The position numbers were made by a program, and so were the translations under genes. A stretch of 64,000 bases of DNA from contig JAHLWZ010000802.1 of NCBI GenBank assembly GCA_020536535.1, positions 72,677 through 136,676 on the forward strand. Reading direction: 5' to 3'. The stretch is from Pelomyxa schiedti. Taxonomy: Eukaryota; Protista; Evosea. Below are positions 10,901-22,905 of the stretch, in pieces (position 1 is the first letter of the stretch; every line of letters begins with the position of its first letter). The notes beneath the pieces are model-generated. The model did no database searches and was not told the origin of the DNA. It worked only from the letters and a program-made list of their open reading frames with translations.

Positions 10901-11617
10901 GCAAGGCCCATACAATGATAGCACTCCTAGGTTGACTTCTAGGTTTTAACTCTGCTTTTTAATGTAACTTACAGGAATGGGTACAATCGAGTATGTGTCG
11001 ACTTCTTCTTTTAGGAACCTTAACCTTTGCAGCGGCGAAGACATATTGTAGCAATGGACGCTCTCGACTTCAACCGAGGAACCAGAAACATTGCTGAGTT
11101 CTCAAAAGAAGGTGTAGAGCGCGAATTGAACAAGGCATATTGGTAATAATACAACGACACCATCTGTGCAATTCACGGAAACTTAGTGCGTTTTCATATA
11201 CCGACGATGACATTCCCCCTGATTGCAAAATCGTCACTGGGTGTGCCCCTTCTAACTTACAGAAAAACAACAAACTAAAATGCCACAGGCACTGGGGCTG
11301 CGGTGTGTTTGGCGGCTCCAGGCACCTCAAATCAATGATACAATACCTGGCCTCATCACATGCCGGCCGAACTCTCCACTATCACACGCAAGACTACGTC
11401 TTTGATGAAGAGTTGCAACAAGTGGTGACACACCTCCGTAACAGGAGGGTCACTGTAGGTTGGTTTGGCTCCTTACCTTTCCTTTTTCTCCCTGTTCATT
11501 CCAATCAAATAACAACAACATCTAGGCCAACTGTGGACCGCCATTATTGCCTTTTGTCAGGAAGTGCCCCGTGTGCCAAAAGCCAGTCTTTTCCATTGGA
11601 TAATTGGCAACACCTAG
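7940..11617 (+). CDS. PARG: Poly(ADP-ribose) glycohydrolase with long disordered N-terminus; multi-exon
   Basis: Motifs HVRLPCS, QIASLLANCFFCTFPRRN, VDFANKKIGGGVLGKGSAQEE (GGG-x-QEE catalytic loop), ITGAERFS, IVAMDA, RELNKAY and TGHWGCGVFGG. Start uncertain (ACG at 7940 or first ATG at 8570). Confidence 0.92.
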
Positions 11618-11740
11618 GAGTGTTGTTCATCATCATGTACAAAAGCAAAAACCAAAAAACTTTACGTGAACAACAAGGGCTCGCTCTTTCCGCATCTTCT
11701 AGAAAAATAGTAATAGTAGAACAAAACAAAGGGGCCTGTG

Positions 11741-13135
11741 ATGGACGGTAAGAAGAAGGCCAAGAAGAAGACAAGCAGCGACGACGACACGAGAGTGCAC
11801 GTGAGGGTGAGGGTTACGTCGACGCCGTCGTCCACGTCCTCGCACTCCTCGCGCTCCCACACGCACGCGGCCCCCCCGGCGGCAACAGCAACCACGCCGG
11901 CGGCGGCGGCGGCGACGACTACGGCTACGACAGCGGCGGTGGCAGACACCGGGCAGCAGGAAGGGGCGTCGGCGTCGGCGCGAGGCGGCGCCACAACGGG
12001 GGCAGCACCGCCCAGCCGCAGCAAGAACACCCTGCTGAGCCTCATTTTACACACGCGGCGGCACGCGGACGGGGTGGCGGAGGACGGGGACGGGCACGGG
12101 GGGGCCCAGCGCCCGGACCACGAGCACGACCACAGCCACACGCACACGCACGAGGAGGGGGGGGCAGCGGCGCCGGCCCCCCGTGGCGCCGGGGCAGAAG
12201 CGGGGAGGGGGAGGGGGAGGGGCGCGGCGAGGGACAGGGGGGGCGGCCACGGCCACGGTCACGGCCGCGCACGTGAGCACGAGCACGAGCACCAGCGCCG
12301 GCACGGGCACTCACACGGCCACGGGCACGGGCATGGGCACGGGCACGGAGGCACTGCTCCAGCAGCAAAGACTAAAGGCAAGAGCAAGGGGATGAGGGAC
12401 GAGTCCTCCGATGACGATTCCGACATGAGCTTGTCTAGTTTGAGTGACTTCGACAGCTGGAGTAGCAGTAGCAGTAGTAGCGGTAGCAGTAGTAGCTCCA
12501 GCAGCAAGAAGAAAGGAAAGAAGCATAAGGGAAAGCACAAGCACAAAAGCAGTAGCAGCAGTGACAGCAGTAGCGGAAGCAGCAGTTCAAGCAGTAAGAA
12601 GAAAAAAAAGGGCAAGAAAGAAAAGATGTTGAGCAGTAGCTCAAGTTCCAGTAGTAAGAAGAAAAAGAAAGAAGGGAAAAAGCACACTGGACCACCAACA
12701 AAAACACCCACCACCAAGCCAGCCACAACAACCAAGTCTGACACCACTCCCCCTGTTAAAAAGCACACCAGTACTAAACCCCACAATGCCGAACCACAAC
12801 CACCCACACAGTCTCAGCAGGACATTGCTCCCTCACCGGTCCCAAGACCCTCAACCACAAGTCCCAGTGTTTCAGCCCCGGTAACACCTCCACTGGCTTC
12901 TGCTGTCTCGACGGTTTCTGCTGCTGCTACTACCACTACCACCAGTAGTAGTACAGAAATGGCCGTGGATGAGACGGCATTGTGCTCTGTGTGCCTGGCT
13001 TCTCCAAAGACTCACGCTCTCGTTCCTTGTGGTCACTTGTGCCTGTGCAAAGATTGTGCTCAAAATGAAGCCATGCGAAAGACATGCCCACTGTGTAGAA
13101 AGCCTGTGCTCCAAGTTGTTCACATTTTCTCTTGA
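11741..13135 (+). CDS. C-terminal C3HC4 RING (IAP/MDM2-type) E3 ligase-like protein with His/Gly, Ser and Lys low-complexity N-terminus
   Basis: CSVCLASPKTHALVPCGHLCLCKDC..CPLCRKPVLQVVHIFS at the C-terminus of a single ORF. Confidence 0.85.
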   Translation: MDGKKKAKKKTSSDDDTRVHVRVRVTSTPSSTSSHSSRSHTHAAPPAATATTPAAAAATTTATTAAVADTGQQEGASASARGGATTGAAPPSRSKNTLLSLILHTRRHADGVAEDGDGHGGAQRPDHEHDHSHTHTHEEGGAAAPAPRGAGAEAGRGRGRGAARDRGGGHGHGHGRAREHEHEHQRRHGHSHGHGHGHGHGHGGTAPAAKTKGKSKGMRDESSDDDSDMSLSSLSDFDSWSSSSSSSGSSSSSSSKKKGKKHKGKHKHKSSSSSDSSSGSSSSSSKKKKKGKKEKMLSSSSSSSSKKKKKEGKKHTGPPTKTPTTKPATTTKSDTTPPVKKHTSTKPHNAEPQPPTQSQQDIAPSPVPRPSTTSPSVSAPVTPPLASAVSTVSAAATTTTTSSSTEMAVDETALCSVCLASPKTHALVPCGHLCLCKDCAQNEAMRKTCPLCRKPVLQVVHIFS

Positions 13136-13424
13136 TTGAACTGTGGCGGTTTGAATCGACGAAGCCAATTTCCTCCTGTACCCAGCATTCAAAGAATATC
13201 GCGTTTCTACGTCCAGTCCTACCCTCTTGTTATACGCCACGGTGTCCCGACTCTCATCGCCCAGACCGCGGACGAGTTGGGAGAAAGAATAAAGTAATCA
13301 ACAGACCAGAACGCCAGGGTTCCCTTTCCCTCCCAGAAGACCATTTTCTCGGAAACCCGATTATTGGTGCTGCAGCGATGGGTGTGGTTCTTGGCAAGAA
13401 TGAGGCAAAAGTTTGTTTTTTTGT

Positions 13425-15914
13425 TTAAAACGGTCTCAGAGAAAAATTGCGAAGGAGGTAGCTAATAAAGGCAATAGTCATCTGGGTGTTGTAAGTGGCT
13501 TGTGGGAGGGGTGTTACCGGGGCTTACACAGAAAATTCCGGAACTACAAAGTAACACTTGTGAAAGAGGTTCTGAGTACCTGGCAAGCATTGCAAAGGCA
13601 ATAATAGACATCAAAATGAAAACCCAAATGTCCTGAATAAATTCGGGAGTTTAATACATGGTCATTTGTAGGTGAGGATAACCATACCAGCCATAAAAGC
13701 AAAGGAAATAAAAGGTAGGCAGCAACTATGCCAAAAGCAGCAACGCACATACCACAGAGACCAATGTAGAACCTTTAGAAAAGATTTTGTGCAGTCATGG
13801 AAGAGGAGCAATAGGAGTCTACCCTGCTACGTCTCCTAGAGTCATCAGGAACAGTGACACTGTTAGTATGCACACACAAATCCCTATCTGCACCCAGGCA
13901 AATATGTCAACTGGGGGAGAGAGTGGGCTCTGATTGCACTTTGCTTTTGTAACTGGCTTTCGTTTGAAAGGATTTAAGGTGTGCTTGTTGAAATTAGAAG
14001 AGGAGGACGAGTGCATAAGCATCAGGGCTTCGGAATCAGCGGACTTAATATGTTAGTTTCTCTAAGAAACACAGAGAGTAAAGATACAGACAGAATTTCT
14101 AGAAACATCATAAAAATTATCATTCATGAGTTTGGCATTGGAATCGATGTCTTTTTCCAGTATTGCTATGTCACTGCAAGGAAAGTTTAGATAGGTAACA
14201 ATTGTTTCCGTACTTTTGCAATTCATCGCGAACTTGAACAATCACCGTTGCAGGTATGCGGTGATGTTTACCAGCATGATCAACAGCATTAGTTAATCGA
14301 TCCACGTGGTTTGAAAGACTACAAAATTTAGGGTGACGACGAAAAAAAAACCGTAGTGCGTACTTCCGTTTGATGGCTTCCATATCCTGAAAAAGAGCTT
14401 AGGGTAAAACCTTGGAATTATGTAAATTTTAGTAAGTAAAATACATCATGTATCCTAGCGTTTCGGCGCTCTAGTTTGTGGACCCGACTCTGTTTGTGGA
14501 TTAAAGTCTGAAAGTACAAGAACAATACAAAAAAGTAATAATCAAGTGAATACTTGAAGATCGACAGGAGACTTCGACTCGATTGAAGACTGAGTTTTTC
14601 GTGATATTGAGTCAGGAGTATGCCTCCTCTCCCAAACAGATAACGTGTTATCACAGGAACCAGTAATTATACGCTGGTCATCTGGAGTTGCACAGCAGCA
14701 TAAAACCTACGGTAAGGTAAGAGAAGTCACTCGAAAATGAGCTAACTGGGCCTCTGTGGCCAGATAATGTTACAAGAAGCTCCCCATTTGATGGTCTCCA
14801 TACACATACAGCTTGGTCAGTAGAGCCCGAAATAACTAAGGAGCCACCATGGCTGTAACAACAGCATACAACCTAATTTGTCCTTGTGTTGTCTTAAAAA
14901 AAAAACCGCGCCACATACTCCTTCACTATGGCCAACAAATTTTCGTACTAGAGAACCATCCACCAGATTCCATAAGCACAAAGTCTTGTCTTCTGAAGAA
15001 GTTACTACAGTTTTTCCATCAGGAGAAACAGTGCAACACATGACCTTGGAAGTAGTGGTACACTAAGAGTATAAAAAGTGGACAAAGTACCTCTGCTGTG
15101 TGACCCTCCAGTGTTTTGGCTTCCCCAGTGGATAGATTCCAGACTTTGACAGTTTTGTCTTTTGAAGTTGAAATCACATGTGAGTCGTCTGGGGTTGTGC
15201 AACACCAGAAAACCTTTTTTTATTTTAAGGAATATGACAACTGCTTATCCATTTGTATCTTACAAATGGTGATTACACAAACACACCCAATCAGTGTGCC
15301 CCATCAATTTTGTTATCAGTGCGCCATCCAGTGCATTCCACACACAAACTGTTGAATCGTCACTAGATGATAATATTCTACTACCATCGTGAGTTGTGCA
15401 GCAGCACCCAACCTGAAAAGAGGTGAGAGTTGAAGGGTACAAACCCAGAGGTAACATAATAATGAGTAATACCCTATCTGAGTGCCCACGAAGAATCAGC
15501 AGAGTATTTCCTGTTGCCACATCCCATGTTCTTAGTGTGTTATCCCACGAAGCGGACACAACAGTCCTTCCATCTGGGAAAACACAACAGCCACTAACCT
15601 GGGTTCCCAAAATATGAGAATATTAATACAAAAAGGGGCATAAATACAGGATCAGTGTGCCCTTTTAGTGTCATCAAACAGGTGCCATCCAACAGTCTCC
15701 ATATTTTGAGAGAGTGGTCCCAAGAACCAGACACCACCCTACTACAATCAGGAAACACTGCACAGCAATTCACCTGAACATATAAGGATAGGGAAGTGGT
15801 AGGGGAAAGTGGGAAACAAATTAAAAAAGCAAAAAGAGATAAAGCACAGACAGGTTTAGTGTGGCCAGATAACACTAATCCCCGGTGCAATTGCCTCACT
15901 GCGAACTCCGCCAT
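13425..15914 (-). CDS. WD40-repeat protein, apparently continuing into a helical region and C-terminal transmembrane segments; multi-exon, 3' end approximate
   Basis: Repeats such as GH..V..C.VFPD..VVSGSWD..LKIW at 14.7-15.9 kb. Hydrophobic stretches IFAWVQIGICVCILTVSLFL and VAAFGIVAAYLLFPLLLWLVWL at 13.7-13.9 kb. Could be two genes. Confidence 0.65.
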
Positions 15915-16216
15915 GGCAATAGATCACTATCGATCGAACACAACAATTCGAATTCGTAAAAATCAGACGAAAACCCGTGAAAAGAAAACGGTGGAAAATC
16001 TCTGCCTTGAGGTGAATCTCTGAGGCTGGTCTGCACGAAAGAACGCTCCCAATCCTGATCCTGATGCTTTATTGAGGCACTGCACAACCACCAAGTACCA
16101 ACTTCGGAATGGCCTTAGATGTAAAACGAAAAAAAAAATTGCGAAATTAACTGCAGGGCTCCGATGAGTTCTGGCGATCCGCGGCCTGGTGTGTAGTTTT
16201 CCTTGTGGAAGTTTTT

Positions 16217-19200
16217 ATGGGAGGTTACTCCCTTCGTTGCGGACGCAAAAACAAATCAACTTTTCACTCAGAGAAGCAAGCCTTTCCTCAGACAGCCGCG
16301 AGCGTCCCATCATCGTTTTACGGTCGCTATTGCGACCCGCGAGGTACACGCTACCCTCCTGTAACAGTTTTTCTCGACCGTCCAACTACAATATGCCCGC
16401 CTCCTCCCATAACTCTCCCCGGCTTCAACGATGCCCTGCGGTTCTTAGACCCCGTGCCTCCCTCTACAAATGCCGGCCACACCCAAAACCAACACAATCA
16501 CGAATCGTGCTTCTCTGCACCTCACCAGCCCGAAATTATTTGTCCGGCAATTACTGCTTGTGCTACTGAATCTCGGAATGAGATTGGAATGGAACCTGAG
16601 ACTGTGACTGTGATTGTGACTGGCACTGGCACTGAGACTGAGACTGAGACTAAAGCACCCGTAGAGACTTCTACGAATACTGAACCAGAACAGTCCAGAT
16701 TGTGTGATGACGTTTCTGCTGTGGAAGTTGGCTCCAGTAGAATTGCTGGGAATGTGGCTGGATTTGGCGATTGTGGGACTGGAGATTGCAGCATTCCAAT
16801 GGCACCTAACATTGTTGTGAGGCCAGGACATGCAAGAACAAGGTGGATTTATGGTCACCATAAGGATGACGATGATTCTGTGCCAACCTACCCAATTAAG
16901 AATTGTAGGACTTCTCATGAAAAGTCTTGTATATGTGAGAGACCATTCCATCAATATGACTGGATGATCGAGTGTGACAAATGTGACAAATGGTGCAAGA
17001 CTATACTTGACTGGAGGGGTGTGAGTGAAGCCAAATAAACTCAAATGTGCTCCAGGTTTCACGGTTATTGTATGAATGTGGAAAAAGGCTATCTTGATAG
17101 GCCTGGGTTCAAAACTTCCTTCATTTGTCCCGAATGTAGTTCTGTCAAGAGAAGCGAGATTCGCTACACTTTTGGTAACTTTTGCCCAAAATCGATGTTT
17201 GTAATAGACGCCAATAGAGTGCATCGAATTGAAAAAGACATTTGCACCGCATCTGGAGATTGGCTACTTTTTAGTACCTGACTCCATTGACCAGTCCCCT
17301 TCTTTTCTAGATTCTGCAGTAGAGAGATTACCTCCAACAAACTTTTAAACTCGTTTAGGTGTGTGACTGTGGAGGTCGTGATGACGGAAATGAATTAGTG
17401 GTCTGCTATGGGTATGTAGTAGGATGTCCTCTGTCCTTGTGCTAACATATTTAAGATGTAAGCAATGGTTTCATCCGCACTGCGTGTCATGTGCGGCTTT
17501 GGATGCCCTTCTTTCCGGAGACAGTGCAAGGCACTCAGAAAAATCTCTGGCGTTTTGTTGTTCTCGTTGTTCGCTAAGTCAGGAACCTGTTCTTCTACCT
17601 TCTCGTTTTAATCACTTTTCAGCATCTCAAAGTGAGCTCTGTCACGCAAGGGATATTACATCGAGAAAATCTTCAAGCTCAAGAAATGTTGTTGTGAAAG
17701 CCTGTCTTTCGAATGTATATATTAACTGTATAATGTCTTTTGACATGCAATAGAAAGTAACACCAGAAAGTGACAGTTCCGGCAGCTTACCCTGCCTCCC
17801 ATTACGACCGGTTTCTGTTGTTAATGCTCTCTTCTCACAGCAGTTTACTGGGAAGCGGGCTAGGATGACAACCTGCCGTGTTTCAAAGACTTTGAGGTGG
17901 GATAACTTCACACCGTATGCCTTCTATGACATGTCCAGGATTCTCTGCCCAGATGCAAATGAAGTAGAGTACATTTCTTCGTAATTTGCATAATGCATTA
18001 ACATTTAAACCAGGTGCCACGAGCTGTAAGGTTCAGACCACAAAGTAGGATACTCGCCATTGGTACAAACGCCGGCACTATTGTATTGACGAATGTACAA
18101 GAATGTCCAAGGCCAAATTTAACATGCGATCCCCATTGCATATTAACACCTGAAACTCCGGAGTGCCAGTCAATTAGGTTATCCATTGATGTTGTATTTG
18201 TAAAATTTAATGGAGCAGAGGTTTTTCACCCGAGATAGGCTGTCTTGAGTGGACTAGTGACAAGATGGGCTTAATATGTAGTAGTTTGAGGGATTCTACT
18301 GTGCAGGTCGTCTTTCTTTTGTTAAGCCTCTCTTTTACTGGCTCAGATTATTGATCCTAGTGCATCACTTGTTACTGGATTTTACAGTGGGCATTCAGCC
18401 TTCGTGAGGTACCAAAGTGTCCAATATTGCTTCATTGACCAATTATAAAGGATGGTCCATACACATGCATTACATCCATTTTGTGTGTTGAGCTCTAGTT
18501 TTGACAAATCTATTCACTGCTGGGATTTCCGTACCAGAGCCGTTCACTCACCCTCCTCTGTCAGTGTTTGGGATTCTGACGGTTCACATTCTTCACAAGT
18601 GATTACTATTTGCACCGAATATTAAAGAGGGAGAGGGTTGCGACTCGCAGTCTAATTTTAAACATAGTGTGCTTTTAAATGCATTGGGCACAAAGGAGGA
18701 GTTGTTGGAGCGCATTTCGTTAATGGCAATGAAATATATATAGTCTCAGCATCCACAGATGCGACTGTGAGGTTATGGGACTCGCGAAATACCTCAGAAC
18801 ACATTAGTTTGATTGACCTTGGCTCAAAGTAGTACTTCCTCATTATTCAGCTGTCTTATTCATACCTTCTAATCTTTAGGGTATTGTCATTCGATCAGAG
18901 TGTAGATGGAAGTCAAATAGCCTTGGACAGTCTCCCTGGACAGGTCACGGTACTAGAAATGGAGACACTTTTGCATAGCAAGTCAAATACCGTTTTTCCT
19001 ATTGCTGTATGTACTGTTATAATGAGTGACCTTTAAATATTAAACTGGGTCACAGACTCTCCGAGGACACATGAACTCTAAATGGGGAATGGGCCACGTA
19101 GTGTATTCCAACGATGGTTCATTAGCAGTTTCATCAGAATGTGGAGGAGCTTACATGTGGGATATACCATCAATGAAGCATTCCATATGTCGCATGCACA

Positions 19201-20956
19201 CTTCATGGGTGTGGGATGTGGGATGGTCTGATTACGGTGATTTGGCAACTTGCTCAGAGGATAGAGCTGTGGTTGTATCCAATTATTCTGGGTATCTTCC
19301 AAAACAGAAATGAGGTAGAATTCAATGCATCTAGGACAACAAAGGGTGAATCGAAGCGTGGTGTTGGATCTCATGTCTTAGCCCGATGGGGGGATGGGAA
19401 ATACTACCACGCCAAAGTAAGGGCCGAGAACAAAGATAGAACATCACGTGAGGAGCAACCTGCTTTTGTGTAACTCACATTACATCAGGCATCACTTTCC
19501 CATTATGGACGGGACCAGATAGTGAAGCTCAGTATGTAAGCTATATGCTTTACAGGGAGGAGACTATGCCATGTTTTAAACGGCGATCATGCTTAAAGGG
19601 TCATTCCCTTGTCCAAGTAGTGCTCATCAAATTGGATCGGCTTTAACACTCGGGATTTAGGTCGAACCCTATTTACAAGCCTCATTTTTTCAGCCAAGAG
19701 AACGCCTGAAAAGTGCCACTCTTGAAATTCCTGCCTCGGACGATACTTGCCATCAATCCCCCGTGCCATTCAATGAGCCCCCTTCACAGAGGAGGTGCTA
19801 CCAACGTCCAACAGCAGAGTCAACAACACCTGTAAATAAGTGTTCAAGATATAATACTCGCAACAATCCCACACCAGCCAACCACCACACCGCTCGCAAG
19901 ATAAAGTCAGCACCACACCTCAAGAAGTACCTGCTCCGGAATTGTAGAAAGAGAAGATTGAACACAAGCCTGTCAGCATTGTCAGACACAAGCTCCCCCG
20001 CACCATACGAGTCCCCACCCTCTCCTCTATCCCATTCACTGCCGTCCATACTGCTCTCACCGGTATCCCCATCCACAACCTCCTCAACACTTTCGTATTC
20101 ATTCCCTTGTCCCATACTAGACTCACCACAGTCCTCACTCAACTCTTCAACTGATGAATGGGAGAGCAGAAGACGCTCTCTCAGTCCTCATTACAGAACA
20201 GCCAGGCACAGAACACTCCCTCACACCACCGACCAGCAACAAGCCAGCGAATTCTACCTACCCCCGTTGCAGATTCCTGAGGATACAGAAATCGACCCAA
20301 GAGACCAAAACGGCCCAACACCACAAAACCCGGACCCACCAACAAGCCCCGCAACTGTAACATACAATACAACCACCCCTACCGCCAACACAAACAACAG
20401 CAATGAATTCCAAGCCTCTGAAGAATACCTCAGCCCATCACCCCCTCACAACACTGACAGCTCCGCTGGTGGTGCTGACTACGATGATGACTTTGCTGAT
20501 GTTAATGTGGATAGCAGCACTGATGATACTGAAGCTCACAGCAACAGCACAACCACAACTACAATCACAATCACCCTCACACAACAACCACAACAAGAAC
20601 AACATCAATTCGCGGAACCTGAGCCGCCCCCACTCTCGCCCAATGGCGCCTCGCGTTCCCCCTCCCCTTCGCTCCCACAATCACGCTCACCGTTACCGTT
20701 ACCGTCGCCATCACCATCACCCCCGCAACCATCAGACTCTGAGGTTGATGTTCATGTGGAACTACTTCCTGTCACAGCCGGAATTCCAAAGCACCAACCA
20801 CATCGACGAAAAGTACCAGTACATCAAGAGCAGCAAATGAACGGAACCCGTGTTCACACATCACCCAGCAACGGAACACCGAAAGAGAACCTACCCAGTC
20901 CAACTGCCAAAACAAGGAAGCACTACAACCTTAGGAGGAAAAGCCATCGAACCTAA
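16217..20956 (+). CDS. Chromatin-reader-like protein: two PHD fingers, WD40 repeats, Tudor-like domain, long disordered tail; multi-exon
   Basis: PHD1 CICERP..MIECDKCDKW/FHGYC..FICPEC; PHD2 CDCGG..LVVC../CKQWFHPHC..FCCSRC; WD40 GHKGGVVGAHF..SASTDATVRLWD; Tudor VGSHVLARWGDGKYYHAKV, joined in frame across the ~19291-19333 intron. Confidence 0.75.
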
Positions 20957-21262
20957 AAATGTAGAGAAAAAGATTCCAAGACGTAGGAAGCAACAACAAA
21001 ACGTGTGAATTGTCAAATTCCCCACTTTTTCGGAAGGGAAGAGAGCTTCGCGACCCTGCCTAATTTTATCTCCTGTTTTGCCAGAATACATCACGTTACC
21101 AAAACGAAAAGTAAATCAAATTAGTACATCTAGTGAGCGTTAAGTAATTGAGCTGTGTGTCATGTCGCACCGTGACACAGAGCAGGTACTGCACGGTCAC
21201 ATTGTAGTATTCGTTGTCACTCTGCGCGACTTGCTCTTTTTTTTTTTTTCTTGTATTTGGCT

Positions 21263-22738
21263 ATGATCAAAAGCGCTGATGTTTTTTTAACCGACGTTCC
21301 TCGTGCGCGTGATTACATTTTCTAACACCTTTTTTTTTTTTTTTCCCCTTTGCAAGACGGGCGATAATAAAGTAGAGAGTCCGACTCCCACTAATAACAC
21401 ACCACCCGTTCCAGTACCTTCCTCTGCTGCCTCCATTCACAATCAAATTCAACTCCTCCAAGCCCTGATAGAACTAAACCAACTGCAACAACAGCACCAA
21501 CACACAACGCCCCAACAACAACCCCCACTACTTTCACCTCAGCTTTTACAACTTTTGCAATGCCCACTTCCTTCTGCCCCGTTACCTCTCCAGAATGTAT
21601 TATTACCACCACCAGGGCTCCAGCCGCCCTTGGAGGACAAAAACACACCAAGGCAAGACTCTCCGCAACAGTTTTCACCTTTGCAGTCTTTACTGCAGCA
21701 AACTCAGTTTCCAACTTTTCCGCCAATTGAGTCCTTATCCCCATTGAGAAATCCCAAGCAAACACGGCAAGATAAGCCTAGGACATTATGCACACAGTCT
21801 ACTGCCTCACAACTCTCGCCACCAATATCAACGTCCACTAGTTTATCAACACCAGCCAGCAAACCTAGTGATGTTGAAGTGGGTGCAATTAATGGGATTG
21901 AAGTTGCTTTGTCATCATACAAGATTTTCCGACATAAGAAATTCCAAGTCTCCAACCCTTGTAACTGTAAATTCCACTGTAACACTTGCAACAGATGTTG
22001 ATCAAGATACCTCCTCAAATAAAACAAAAGCTACAACTCTCCTGTGATGATATTCTGATCGCTGGTTTAAATGCAAAGTGTTGCAGAGAAGGAACAGATG
22101 AAGGAATGCGTTATTGGCTGTTAACAAAACACTGATACAAAGTACAGAGGTTGGATGTTGCATGCAATGCTCGCCCCACAGGAAAGTAATTACCGTTGGA
22201 GTTTCAGAAAGAGCACCTTTTCGGAGCAATGTTACCAGCGTGGTGGATAGCTCACCAATGGAAGTGTTTGCATTTGATGACTGCAAGTCGAACTGTTCCT
22301 CTTCCAGGTCTTGCCAGCACCATATATCCCAATATTCCAAATAACATCCATCAGAGATCACTTGCATACGTCGCTCACACTCGGTGTGGAAATACTCCCT
22401 GGCCAAATTCTACACTCAGCACCATTTGTGCTGCAGTCTCGTGCGGTTCAGAGTCCAGCATCAAGTAAGTCCCCGTCCCTATATTAACTACTAGTACTCA
22501 TTTCGCGTAAACTTTACCGTTGGTTGTCAATAACGAATACCGTGCAGAAAATAAGAGAGCACCAAAGTCGGAAACTACGGCGGCTGCCACAACACCCCAG
22601 AAAAGGAAGACCTCAACACCAGCCCAACAAACGAAAGGCACAAAGCAACCAAGGACATCACCCACACCACTTTCAGGCTCGTTTACTACCACCCCCACCA
22701 CCTTCACGCCACCACCCCCAGATCCGAAAAAAAGTTGA
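21263..22738 (+). CDS. Q/P-rich protein with Cys/His-containing beta-rich domain, putative transcription factor; multi-exon
   Basis: Spliced: ..VALSSYKIFRHKKFQMLIKIP..VGCCMQC..KVITVG..EVFAFDDCKSNCSSSRDHLHTSLTLGVEILPGQILHSAPFVLQSR, then a basic tail. Confidence 0.6.
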
Positions 22739-22905
22739 ACTTGTGCAAAAAGAAAAAGCAAACTCAACCCCAGGTGATCACGCAGGGGAGTGCTGCCATT
22801 CGCTCTCAACAGTTTTTGTTTTTCTTCTAAGGTGAGAGAACATTTGACTTTTTCGAGTTTGCCTGATTTCCTGATATCCGGCTTTTTTTTCAATCTAGTC
22901 ATCAA

